Shown here piece by piece: positions 1 to 12,207 of a stretch of DNA of 64,000 bases; within the stretch, counting starts at the first letter, position 1, and every line of letters begins with the position of its first letter. Both the position numbers and the translations under genes were made by a program. The stretch is from contig NIVC01000211.1 in NCBI GenBank assembly GCA_002269645.1, forward strand, positions 124,001 to 188,000. Direction: 5' to 3'. The notes below the pieces were generated by a model. That model made no database searches. It was not told the DNA's origin and was given only the letters and a program-made list of their open reading frames with translations. This stretch comes from Macrostomum lignano (Eukaryota).

Positions 1-1025
1 GAACAGTTGTTTACCCGACGCGAGCTAGTGATAGCTGCACCACTGAGGGGTATCTGAGCCAACAGGAGTCCAACATGAAGGAAGGACCAACATCTCCACT
101 TCTGCATCTCCCAGGAGTCTGTTTCGTCAAAAATTTTCCTATTGACTATCAATATCTGGTCTGTCTGGGAATTCTTCGCCGTATCTTCCACTATCTGTTC
201 TACTCCAATGAAGGCAGAAACTGCAAGCTTTGTGCTGCAGAGATCAAGGAGCTGTCGGACCAAATTCAAGAATGTGTGCCCTACACTCCGTCTAACTTTC
301 AGCGTCAACCACAACGTCTAGACACAGAATTAAAGCACTTCAAGGCCACTGAATTTCGCCTTTTTCTACTATACCTCAGACCCTACCTGTTTCGAAAATA
401 TCTTCCCACTAACATTTTCAAGCATTTCATGCTACTGCATTTTGCTATCTATGTATTTTGCACTGACAGGCTGTCTCACTTACATGCTCATGCAAAAAGG
501 TGCCTCGAAATTTTTGTTGAGCAGGCTAAATTAATTTATGGTGAAATGGCTACAACATATAACATGCATATTTTGCTGCATTTGCATGAATTTGTCGCAC
601 AGTATGGTAATCTTTCGAATTTTTCTACCTTCCTATTTGAGAACTATTTGTCAAACATTAAAAGAAGGATACGTGTAACACGTTTTGCATCAGCTCATAT
701 TTTAAATCAGATCTTGGTTGCAAGCGATACGCTAACCAGTGATCCAATTTGGCCTATGTACTACTCAAGCATGAGACCTAATAACTGTTGTACTATTGGA
801 AGTAATGTGGTCCGGATCCTTTCAATTGCTAATAATTCTGTTACTGGGGTGATTTTGAAGTTTCAACAGCCATTGTATACTTTTCCATACTCATTTGACA
901 TTTTATCAATTGGCTTCTATAATGATACACGTGTAGTGATTACCGGTGCACCCACAGGCAAATGTTTCCTAATCCCACAGAAGGGATCCTATGTTGTTAT
1001 TCCTCTATGTGGCAATGATATCTAA
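1..1025 (+). CDS. CACTA/EnSpm (CMC superfamily)-type transposase, C-terminal part; frame is open to the window edge, so 5'-truncated
   Basis: Motifs FPIDYQYLVCLG, LKHFKATEFRLFLLY and YNMHILLHL..V..YGNL..FSTF.FEN.L..IK match the FPxDYMHxxxLG / WKATEFRxFLLY / YNxHxLxHL...SAFxFEN pattern of animal EnSpm-like transposases. The frame is stop-free from base 3 to the TAA at 1023-1025. Confidence 0.8.
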   Translation, partial: TVVYPTRASDSCTTEGYLSQQESNMKEGPTSPLLHLPGVCFVKNFPIDYQYLVCLGILRRIFHYLFYSNEGRNCKLCAAEIKELSDQIQECVPYTPSNFQRQPQRLDTELKHFKATEFRLFLLYLRPYLFRKYLPTNIFKHFMLLHFAIYVFCTDRLSHLHAHAKRCLEIFVEQAKLIYGEMATTYNMHILLHLHEFVAQYGNLSNFSTFLFENYLSNIKRRIRVTRFASAHILNQILVASDTLTSDPIWPMYYSSMRPNNCCTIGSNVVRILSIANNSVTGVILKFQQPLYTFPYSFDILSIGFYNDTRVVITGAPTGKCFLIPQKGSYVVIPLCGNDI

Positions 1026-1415
1026 GCCCATATCTGCTCTTCGGTATGTGAACCCTTTTAAATGCTTGTTTTTGCTGTCGACTTGACTTAGCTACAGGGC
1101 GGTCCTTGCCTGTGGATAAGTTTGTCAAGAACTTTTGCCCTGACAGAGTCACTCGCCATCTGAATGGAGCATGAGGGAGGAGAAGCAGAGCGAACCAGAA
1201 GAGAGGAAAATTTCAGACGAAGCCTTAGGGCTTAGGTAGAAGGAGGCCTTACGCTATTGGCTTTTGGATTGTGGGGAATTTTGCACCACCCCACCAGCTA
1301 TTTAGATGCTGTTTTATAGGTCAGTTCATGCATTGCACCAAATTTGTCAGACTCTCACGTCATACTATATCTGCCTACTCACTCAGGTGTTTCCAATCTG
1401 CTTTTATTGCTAGCC

Positions 1416-4400
1416 ATGAAGTACATAGTGATTTTCCACGATGACCTCAAAATCATCGAGGCAAATGCAGAAGATGTTTTTCTAGGACAATACCAGAATT
1501 GGACAGAAGAAGACTGGAAAAAGATCACACTTAGAAGTCCTACACCTATAGTGGTGCAAGTTCTGTATGAAGAAAACCGATACGAGGCGACACTGCTGCA
1601 GGCAAGTTGCAACACATTGTTAATTGTATTCTTTACATGATTGTTGACATCAGTTCTACTTAGGGCAATTTGGCTGATTTTCTCATTGGTGTGTAGCTTG
1701 AGCTAACTGTTAATGACAGATGGTAAGACGTAAGTGAAATAAGAAAAGCAAGAGTGAGATAGAGGACTGGGAATGAGAGGGGAAGAATAGAATTAAAGAA
1801 CTAAGTGGAGTAAAGAAGCAGGGTAGCGTGAGCTGGTTCAGTACGATGGAGAACAGGACAAGTCAAAGTGATAGAATTAAGTTTAAAGATTTGAAGAGGG
1901 AAGGACTAAAGTTTATATTATGGATAGAGACGTTCTGCACTTAAATATCAATTATAAGGCTTTTAACACTTGAACACATTTAAGGTTGTGCCTGATGATT
2001 ATGACACCAGGGCCACCATCAAATTTCTGCGCGATGCCCGTCTCTGCAAAAAAGCGGATACCGACCTTTCTGCGCATGGTGGACAGAGTGTTAGGAGGCA
2101 TGAAGAGACAACCGTTTCCGCGCATGGATGTAAGTAATTTAGTAAATAATTTAGTATTGAAAAGAATGATACTTTCAGTAAAATTAACTAGAAATAAATT
2201 ACTTCAAAGCCTAAAGTTTTTTTTAAATCAATAAGGAATTATATCCACATTGCTAATGTCTGGCTCCAGTATAACATATTCACATCTGGAAAACTGAGTC
2301 TGCAAATGTGTAGAGCTATTCATCAGATTAGTGTTTGAGTTATCAAACTGCTTCCCCTACTCAGGCCCTGGCCCTGGGAAAAGGACCCCAACCCCTTTGC
2401 TCTATCAAGTGGGACCATGCAGTGACCACAGTTGCATTTAGTGTAAAAAAAGTCCATAGGCATAAGGGGATGAATAAGGCAGATTCCATATCCCCAAATT
2501 TGAAATTCAGGCTTGTCTAACATGCAGACACAATTGTAATTTACATGTACTACCGCTTCATTCCAGCTACTCAGCACCTCTGAAAGCGACGCTGAACCTC
2601 CACGAAGCCTTCACCAGAGACCCCATGGTGGGATTGATTCGGATTCTGCTGAGGGTGTAGAATCCAGTCTACAGCTGCTGCCGCCTCCTCAGCAGAAGGT
2701 GCTGCCGACTGCCACTTCAGGAGCCATGTCCGGAGCAACAGGCATGATGGCGCTGACCTGCTGGATATGGATCACGACAGGGTCCACATGGCCGATGCGG
2801 CCATTACACCAGCATCTGCCGCTATTCCCGCCGCCGTGGATGGTACAAGATCCCGATTGTCAGCTCGCCTTGGATCAGCAGACTCTACCGCAGGCTCCGC
2901 CTTGTCTGGTGCCACCCCACGGCTGTGCCGGGATCCACACGGTGTCAGCTTTCTCAATTTCGGCAACACCTGCATTCAGCAGACAAGGGAGGCAATGGAG
3001 GCAAAATCAGGCACCTCTATGGACACTCAAGAAGGCCAAACTTTTGCCCTCATCAGCATCTTCCGGCAGCTGCACATCACCCGAGTAGAGCTGAAGTCTC
3101 AGATGGAGCAACAAGTGCAGCAGATAAGGGCAGAAATGCAGCGCCTGCGTCGCGATCTCCTGGCTGCGATTGGAGGGCATGGTGGGCAAGCCGTTGCAGC
3201 TGAGACCGAGCCGGTGCCAGTAGGGTCATGGAGGGAGTACGCGAACTTCGTCACATCTTCTGAGGCGATGATGGCGCGGGTAAGGGACAATCTGGACTGA
3301 ACAATATTTTTGTAGCTCAGAAGTTCCCTCTCCTTATTCACAACTCAACAGTGTACAATTTGACAAGGCTACCAATTTGACAGAGTCGTATCTTAGTGCA
3401 GTGCTCACTCTGCAGTTGGCAGAGTGTAATCTCTATTTTGCAACTGAGTGCAACTGTTTGCTACTGTTAGTAAATCAAAAGCACTGTGGAAGGATTTTTC
3501 AAACATAATTATAAAATCTTTACTTTTTCGCACGTCTAGCCTGTTGTACAAGTCAGCCTTAACCTTCTAAGTTTAAGGAGACAAACTTGACTTTTGACAA
3601 TTCGATCAGTTTGTATTTTTGTGGGAATAGCCCAGTGGGTATAGCTGTTATGTATGATTTGACTGCTCTACTCAAAGCAAATAGAGAAAATAAAAAATCT
3701 TACAATAACATAGCATGCTAATTCAACATGACTGTACATGAAGGCACTTTTTTATATCTTTTTCTAAACAATTGCTATATCGCTCCTTTTCATTCAGGTG
3801 CCATATCTCTTAGCCTGCAAATTGGCCACCACATATAACACTGTCCCTCGAATGGTGGACAAATGCCTCACAGTCGAGATGCAGCAGCAGGTGAACTACA
3901 GCGGCCGAGATCTCCAGAAGAGGAGTCAGTTGGAGCTCTCCGACACCCTTCTGGCATTCCGCAATGCCCTGCCTGCTTTCCAAGGTGAGCATGTTTCTTT
4001 TGGATCATAGCCATCAGTCAGTTGGTACACCAAATTATGTACAAGTCTTTGTCTTGCTTTCATTATCACCGGCCACTCTCTTTATTAAACGTTCATGCTT
4101 CAGTGGGGAGTCCTATCTTAGTGCAGTGCTTAGTGCTGTCGGCAGAGTGTAATCTCTTTATCTTATGCTTAATCCGCTCCATTGTTTTTGGGCATGCATT
4201 GGAAGACAAAATTCGGATTTCTTTTAGGACTTATATGTTCAATTGTTTGCTACTGTTAGTAGACCAAAAGCACTGTGGAAGCATTTTTCCAACATAATTA
4301 TAGAATGTTTACTTTTTCGTACGCCTAGCCCATTGTACAAGTGATGCAATATTCCTACACTTATTTTGCTTCAGCTGCCATCTCAAAGATGCACGGAGGT

Positions 4401-4543
4401 CAGAGGCCTGCCGAGCGCGATGTGGAGATAGCAGTCATCTCTGTCCTGAAAACGCGCACGACAGAGTGGGAGGCCATCAAAAGCGTCACGATTCCTCAGC
4501 GGCGGCGGCTGTAGTGGCGCAGGCAAACAACGACCAGCAATGA
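1416..4543 (+). pseudogene. Second, spliced ORF of the CACTA element (TnpA/DUF4806-like accessory protein), frameshifted
   Basis: Phase-compatible exons 1416-1601 (GC donor CAG|GCAAGT), 2567-3279, 3798-3984 and 4375-4543. VNYSGR and C-terminal (N)AHDRVGG resemble DUF4806-type ORF2 proteins. Frameshifts near 2570-2660 and at 4449-4452. Confidence 0.5.
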
Positions 4544-5794
4544 GGAAGACGAACTGCAGATGCGGACTGTCCTCGGAAGCGAACGCGGGAAAGCAGTTCC
4601 GAGGACAAATTCACTCATATTTGAGTGATTCAGCCCTTTGTAGCCTTAACTGCTTGCATGAGTTCCACTGACTTATTTACCACTGAATGTCTTGTATTTC
4701 CACTGATTTATTTTAACACTGAATGTCTTATATTTCCAATACCTTTTTAGCCTAAAATGTATACAGCAAGAAGAATGTAAAAATAAAAATACAATGCGTA
4801 TATATTGTCTGCTTGACAATTCGTTCTCTGACAAACTTTAAATTGCCAAAAGTTACGTTTTGAATTTTGGCACGAAATGTAAATGTTTGAGCCAAGTACA
4901 TGTTTCCTGTACTTTTGTTGGTGCTATGCTGTGTGCACAGTGCACATTCACACTGTCTCTGATGATTTATAGGCACAGTAGGTGGAACTATAATAGAATA
5001 AAATTACCAGTAGAATGGGGCAAAAATTAAAGACGCGAAAAATAGGAGGCAAAGCGCTGGCACGCTGGTGGCGGGCCAGCGTTGGGTTGAGCCAGATTTA
5101 GCTGTGCATTGCCACCCTCGGCCCGAGCCAGACACCCCTCCGGTGGCACGAGCCCTTTTTTTCCACTGGGTTGTCATATATGTTGTATTTGCACAACATA
5201 TTAGTTATATTTATAACCACTTTAATTTGTCATATACCTTTGTCTACTCTCTACAACAATGATTATTATATAATGTGATTCTAAATGCTTAGCCAACACA
5301 TAGTTTATAATTTCCAAAAAGGCAGTATTAAAAATTTCTTATTATTGCATTTGGAAAATTTCTATTTTTACAATAATTATACAGTCTATACTAGGCCTAA
5401 TCATTTAAAATTTGTAGTCTGTTAAAAATATTTAGTTTTAGATAACTTTAGCATCAATGTTGTATTATTTGCAAAATTTAGGTGTTTTTCTAAAAAAGCA
5501 AAAGTAAAAATAGTATATAGGCCTAGGCCTAAGCACAATCTAAGTCAAGGAATACTTGAAGGCAAAATGGTTTAGGGGCCATAGTCAAGAATGTGGCCTT
5601 TATGCCAGAAAATTCCAGCATATTTTGCCCTAGTTGACAATCTTGGTATACACTGGGCATATAGAATTTTCAGGTTCAACATCAAGTATACACAGTTGAT
5701 ATATAAAAATAGCCAAGTTCAGGTCCTATGTATATTGTATAATAAAATATCAACAAACAATCTTGAAAGCTCTAGCTTAAAATAATTGGAAACA

Positions 5795-6230
5795 AAAAAA
5801 ATAAATGAGATGGGGCGGAGAAAGGTTTGGTAGTAGGTGGGATTGTCCGGTGGTCGCTTGATTTAATGTCGAGTATGAGCAGCTCAGGCCTTTGAATTGG
5901 CGCCGTTGTTAATTTGCACAGATTAAATCCAGAAAATTTGTGTGGACAAATCCCAGTTGAAATGTCTCGTAGATACTCTGACTGCCGGGGTCCTCAATCC
6001 CGGGGGAGGGTAGTTTTAGTTGTAGGCAAGCAGTCTTCGTTGGTGCGAGCATTCAGAGCATGTCCTCAGATACCGAATTTAATGTATCTCGTATGCTTGA
6101 CGTAACTTGTTACTAACAGTAGAGTAGCGCTGCCACCATCGTAATTTGTGTATTATGGAACGTTGAAGCCTCAGAGCTTGCTTTGAGATGAGACTGATGG
6201 GTTATTTTATGCCCTACAAGCAAATGACTC
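5795..6230 (-). mobile_element. Possible degraded LINE APE-endonuclease fragment
   Basis: Minus-strand translation across frames gives LDLICAN and ILDIKSSDHRTI, resembling the LDLxxxN and SDH motifs of APE domains; many stops. Confidence 0.3.
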
Positions 6231-7450
6231 AATATAAAACTAGGCTTCAGGTTATCAGAGAGAGATTAATGTCATATTAATTGTTTTATTAAGACTTCAG
6301 CGGCAATATACTAATTTACCTAGTAATTAAAAAATAAAAATTATTAACTAAGATTCACCAAATGTATTAAAATAATCAAACAGGACCGTGACCACTCTGG
6401 CAGATGATTGGCTGGTGCCGCAGTGCACAAGCTACTGAATAGATAGACTAGGTGCAACTAAACTGGCGGACTTAAAAATATTAGAAATTAAATTAAAAGG
6501 TAGAGGGAAACGGAAAGAAGAAAAGGGAATAAAAGGAAGGCAAGTAAGGAAAGGGGGATAAGAAAAATTAGGTGGCTCCAGAGGGCACCAATATATAGAC
6601 AAAATATATGCAACAAGTGGTTCAAAGGGGTCAAACGCTGGTGGCAAAGGGTGGTCACATAGATCAAGTAAGGAACAGACAGAAAATAACATGGAAAATA
6701 GGGTGATAAACAAGGTTTCCAACAGAGGGATGCAAAAGACAAAACAAACCAGCCACTGGGGCACAAGGTGGGCACACAGGACCAAAACTGGGGACAGCGG
6801 GGAATGGGTCAAGGGTGGTTTATTATTAAGTCACAAAAAATTAAATTTCAAAATTAAAGTATTAACGTTCATTAGATTGTCAGTGGCAGCCCCTAACTGC
6901 CACATAAAAATAATGAAATTTACAAGAAAAAATTAAATTAAAACAAAGAATAGGCCCTATTTGTTTTAGCAAAAAAGTTATTTTAAAGTTCAGTAAAACT
7001 CTTATATTTTTAAAAATATACATTCTCTAAAAAGTTGGCATAGGCCTTATAAATAGGCCTAGAATGTTTATATTCAACATACAAACTATTTGGCCTATGG
7101 CCCTATTGCCTATATTAAATAAGTTAAAATATTTTTTAAATGTTAAATAAACCAATTGCAGTTAGTTAGTAGGGCCTAGTCATTAGATTAAAAGTTAAGT
7201 AAGTCAATAAGAAAATAAGTCTGAAGCAATCACTAAATATAGAAAATACTAGACCAACCAATGCCTACACTTTTAATGTGGTTGCTACGATTTGCTACAT
7301 AATTCGCTGCTAAGGCTTATTAGGCCATACCAAATTAAATGTATGATATGGCACTATATTATATATTTATTTATATAATATAATTATAATATTTCTCTCT
7401 CATAGTCTAAACGAATTTGCTCTGATCAATAACGGCTGGTCTTCACAATG

Positions 7451-7710
7451 GGCCTTTTCATATTGCTTGTTCTGGTTCCAGAACCAGAACCAATTTGTGA
7501 AGTATAACTTTTTGTCTCCATAACTAGAGGGAGATACGTGCTATAAAGTTTTTATTATTGAATGACAATCGCCAAGAAGAAACCGAAAAATTGTGCAAAG
7601 TAAGGCTGTTAAGGCAGACAAACATTCAACAAAATTAAATAGTTATACTGCTGTTTTTCTTGGAAGATTCAAACCGATTCTGATTCTGGAATCGGTAATA
7701 TGAAAAGCCT
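7451..7710. mobile_element. MITE-like element with imperfect TIRs (possibly PIF/Harbinger)
   Basis: Left GGCCTTTTCATATTGC...GGTTCCAGAACCAGAACC versus reverse complement of right end AGGCTTTTCATATTACCGATTCCAGAATCAGAATC; no clear TSD. Confidence 0.45.
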
Positions 7711-8064
7711 CAATCAATCAATCCACATCCACAATTTCTAATAAAAACTTTAAAGCAAAGAAATACATGTATTGAATACATCCGTACATATATTTTTAGT
7801 CAATAAAGCCAGCAGTAATTGTGTAATTTTGACATTACCTAGTGTGACACGAGTGCGTGGGCATAAAATTGAAAAAAACAAGACTTTTCATTCCAGCTTA
7901 CACCTGCCATGATTTAGAGTAGGCCCTATATGGTTTGAATGCAAAGCAACAGTTATCATTTAGACTGTTTCAAATAAGTGCCAAAAATTCAACTCATTTT
8001 ACTGTTGCATCATTTGCCTATATTAGGAGATTTTATTATAGTTTAGAAAAATAAAGCACTAGAA

Positions 8065-10145
8065 GATGTGTTCTTGAAGTCGAAGGTTGTTGTTATAGTC
8101 AATACCGATGACTATAACAACAAACTCCACAGTATCATCCAAGACCAAACCAAATTCCAGTGCCTGGGCACTCATGACACTGTCACCATGTCGCATCCCA
8201 TCCTCAAAGCCGAACAATCTCTTCAAAATTTCCTCCGCAACCATATCAAACAACACATCGAACCAAACATCTATCAGCGTATCTTACCTAGTGGCAGTCA
8301 ACCCGGACAACTCTACGGGGTTTGTAAAGTCCACAAACCTGACAATCCTCTTAGACCAATTGTCTCCATGGTCAACACCGCCGAATACGAAGTTGCCAAG
8401 TACCTGGATTCTCTTATCAAGCCCTGCATTCCTTCCAATTTCATGTCCAAATCCAACAAAGACTTCCTCAATGACCTTCAAAAGTTCAACCCTACGCTCA
8501 ACAGACTCTCTATGTAGTTTTGATGTTGTTTCTCTCTTCACCAACATCCCCCTTGATCTGGCCATTGACTATGCCACTGAGTTGGTGTAACACGAACCCT
8601 CCCACCATGGCCAAGTCGTCCTTTAGAAAACTCCTGGGCTTTGCTACCTCTGGAATCTTTATGTTTGACAATAAATACTAAAGGCAAGTTGATGGCTGTG
8701 CCATGGGAAGCCCCTTGGCCCCCACTCTGGCGAATGTCTGCTTGGCCCATTGGGAAACCGAAAACTGGATGTCTCTCAACTGTGCCCCCAAATTCTACAG
8801 GCGCTACGTCGACGATACGTTTGCCATCTTTGATCAGGAGCAAAAAATTGATCAGTTCCTCCACGCTCTCAACTCCACTCATAAGAACATAAAATTCATG
8901 GTTGAACATGCTGTTGACCAAAGACTCCCCTTCCTGGACATTGACATTGACTACAGTAAGGAAACCCTCTCCACAAAAGTCTTCCGTAAGAAAAGCTTTA
9001 CCAATCTCATTCTCAACTTCTAAGCCACTTGCCCCAGACAATGGAAAACTGGGCTCGTGAGGTTTTGCTCCATAGAGCTTTCACTACCTGTAACACCTGG
9101 ATCAACTTTGACCGGGAGGTGCAGTTCCTCACCAGACTGTTCCATCAAAATGACTACCCCGTTTGTCTGTCCAAAAAATCGTCAACAAGTTCATCTTGGA
9201 CAAAATCACCAAACAAAAACCTGAGCAATCTGTCACCACTGAAGAATTTGAACCCATTCTGCGTCTCCCCTTCCTCGGACCTCCATCTCTAGCCTTTAAA
9301 AACAGAATGCGTAGGTTATTCTTTGCCTCTTTCAATCGTAACATCCGGGTCGTCTTCCACACGAACAAGATTGGGAACTTTGTTAGCAGATTAAAGTCGC
9401 GTGTTCCTTGTACTCTGCGTGCAGGTGTTGTCTACCAATTTAACTGCTCTGTGGACCAGAGCGTCTCCTACGTGGGGAAAACCAAAAGACACCTACACAC
9501 GAGGATCAGGGAACACTGGCTCAAACCATCTGCTATACAAACTCACCTCCTTGAATGCACTAACTGCAATGACTGCAAACCAGAAGAACACTTTAAAATC
9601 ATTGACCAAAGCCATACTGACGCCAAACTTAGAATTCTCGAGGCCCTGCACATAAAAGCTCAGACCCCGAATCTCAACACCCAATTACAACATAGTGGTG
9701 CAGGTCACGTTCTCCGCGTTTTCTGAACAGTGAGTGACACAGTCGTGCACGCTGTGTACACTTAGCTTGACGTTCAATTACCTAAGCTAGCTACCGCCCC
9801 TGATTCTGCCTTTTGACCACTGGACAAGAATTGTGTACATTAGGTTTAACTTTCATTCTCAATCTATAATTCTCTCTCCTACCTACTATACCTATGTATG
9901 TTGTTAAACTAAAGCCAAGTTGTAATCAATTGTTTTCAATCTTACCCTTCTTACCTGTGTACGTTGCAAAAACCAATATTTAATCAATCGCTTTCAATCT
10001 CAATTTCTCAAATCATTCTAATATAATCCTGACGATGCACCATGGCGTGCGAAACGCGTTGAAGTTGTTAGAAATTGAAATCATATTCAAATGTTGATAT
10101 TAAGCTTTCTATTTATTCTTCTCGCCAAGCGAGCAACTCTACCAG
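8065..10145 (+). mobile_element. Penelope-like retroelement (RT + GIY-YIG), 5'-truncated, with stops and frameshifts
   Basis: Pieces: VVIVNTDDYNNK, PLRPIVS, SFDVVSLFTNIP, DGCAMGSPLAPTLANV, RRYVDDTF, LPFLD, and GIY-YIG GVVYQFNC..YVGKTKRHLHTRIREH..LRILEALHI (9163-9726), followed by an AT-rich 3' region containing a hammerhead-like core. Confidence 0.93.
10024..10066 (+). ncRNA. Minimal hammerhead-ribozyme-like motif of the Penelope element
   Basis: CTGACGA (10029-10035), stem II GCAC/GTGC, GAAA (10051-10054), palindromic AACGCGTT (10053-10060); stem I pairs weakly. Confidence 0.6.
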
Positions 10146-10699
10146 CATAAAACATTGGAGACCTAGAAAAGTAATTTTTTTAAATTGAAAAATATAGGAA
10201 GGTTTGCACTCAATTCATACATAGATCCTATTAAGAGGTTTTTAAAAACACTTAGTTTATGAAATTGGTTCAAGAATAACAAAGTTATTACCATTTTACT
10301 GTGAAAATTTCTTTGACCCTTGTAGTAGGCCTAGGCCTATATTTTTCATCAAGGACTATGACTTATAAATATAGGCCTATAGCCTATATAGGCCTAATAA
10401 TAAAAAAAATATTTGAAAATGCAAGTCAAAAATTGTATGAATGTTTTAAATAAAAAATAACAAAGTCAAAAGTAAATAAAGAAATAGTAAATTTTGTAAA
10501 AGAAAATGTTTTTAATAAAAATATAAAAATCAAATTTCAGGATAAAAATTTTTATTTCAACTTTTTATACATCTAGGCTAGGCCTATAGTATTAAATGTC
10601 ATTTTAGCATATAATACCTTTTATTCATGTTTGTGATTTTTTTCTTTATTTTTAGGTAGACATTTTATGGTAGGCCTAGACATAGTGGCAAGTCTACAA

Positions 10700-11950
10700 A
10701 ATAGAGCACCATATAGGCTTCCAATGGTAGGATGCAGCCTATAATGGCTTGGGCGCATGCCAGCTGTTGATGCTCAATGGACAGGCATATAGCTAGTATC
10801 GTGCCAATGCCCCACCTAAGTCCTGTAGCAATAGTTGGCAACTGCCTAGATGGTAGTTAGTATGCTAGGTATAGGGTCACACCTCGCCTAGTCTATCCCT
10901 ATACTACAATTGCTTAAGGCCACAAGTGGATGGCATTGGGCTGCCATGCAGGAATGGACATTGGCTGCATAATGTTAAAAGGTCAATTGGCTATCTAGCC
11001 AGACCCCTAGGATGATAGGTACTTCTTCAAACAAGAGCAAGGTGCCTCTAATCTAGAGATCAACCTGCTTTTTCTTGCAAGTCTCCCAGGGGTTCCCAGA
11101 CCTTCCAGTTATGGCACAAGGCCTCCTCAGTGTCTAAGGCCAGCTGCAGCTAGGTGGCACAGATGTCAAGGCTCCGTACTGTTGTAAGCAACATTAGTCA
11201 TCTGTGTAGAGGCTAAGCATATTGTCTCTATGAGGTCATTGATGTAAACTAGCTAGAGTATAGGTGCTAGGACACTACCTTGGGGAAGGCCTTTGTGGAA
11301 CACATATTCCTGACTATTGCACTGGCCCTTTTAGATGTGGGTATGGTGGTTGGTGATAAATCCTTGGATCTAGCATAGCATGCACTTGGAGATGGTGAAG
11401 TTTGGCAAGCAGGCATTCTGCCACACCTTATCATAGGTGCAGCTAAAATCCTATCAAGGATTGCCTAGCAAATATGTGCTACCTGCTCCTCAGTGGAATG
11501 GCCGCATTGAAAGCCAGTCTGGGTACCACTGAGGAGCCAGTTGGACTCCAGGTGATGACAGAGCTATTAGAGTACCATCTGCTTAGCCAGCTTAGCAATG
11601 GTGCTGGTCAGTGCAACTGGCTAGTATGACTCCAGTTTGCTACCATTTTCTCCCATTTTGGGATAGGCACTATATGGCTATGCTTCCATTGAGCAAAGCA
11701 GATGCTAGTATGCCAAGTGGCATTAATGAGTCCCAATCCCAACAGTTATTGCCTACTAGTCATTGGCAGGTGTTTTAGCATGCTGTTGTAGACTGCATCT
11801 GGCCCAGGGACCTTGAGTGCATAGAGTGCAACCTGCAGTTCCATTAGCAAGAACAGTGCACAAAAGCCCTGTTCACTATAGTAGCATAGTGTCCACATGG
11901 TGGCATTCGCTTAATGTGTGACTGTGCAGTCCTTTGGACATTGCAGAACC
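10700..11950 (-). mobile_element. Heavily decayed non-LTR retrotransposon (LINE) reverse transcriptase
   Basis: Minus strand gives PGPDAVYNSMLKHL, WKHSHIVPIPK, ALTSTIAKL, QTGF..GHSTEEQV, AYDKVW, GLPQGSVLAPIL*LVYINDL and LYTDD in colinear order, with stops and frameshifts. Confidence 0.85.
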
Positions 11951-12207
11951 CTGGGGATAGAGCTGTATAGTTGGCAAAACAGCTCTGCCTTCTTTAGATT
12001 TATTTGCATAGGTTGCACAAAGGCCTACATGCCCATTTAGGGCCTGTGGATTGTGACACTATTCTTCTGCTTGCCATTCCTCTAATGGCAAGCAACAGGT
12101 AAAAGAGGTCACTTTTGATGTCTATTGATGGTGGCTATTGCTGTTGCTTTGCTTGTTGCTATAGCTATTGCTGCTGTTGCTTTGGCTGCGGCTGTTACTG
12201 CGGCTAT

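Larger units (their letters stand above)
1..4950 (+). mobile_element. CACTA/EnSpm-like DNA transposon; left end outside the window, right end not resolved
   Basis: Transposase followed by a co-oriented spliced ORF2; CACTGA-containing direct repeats at about 4655-4735. No TIR or TSD could be fixed. Confidence 0.6.
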
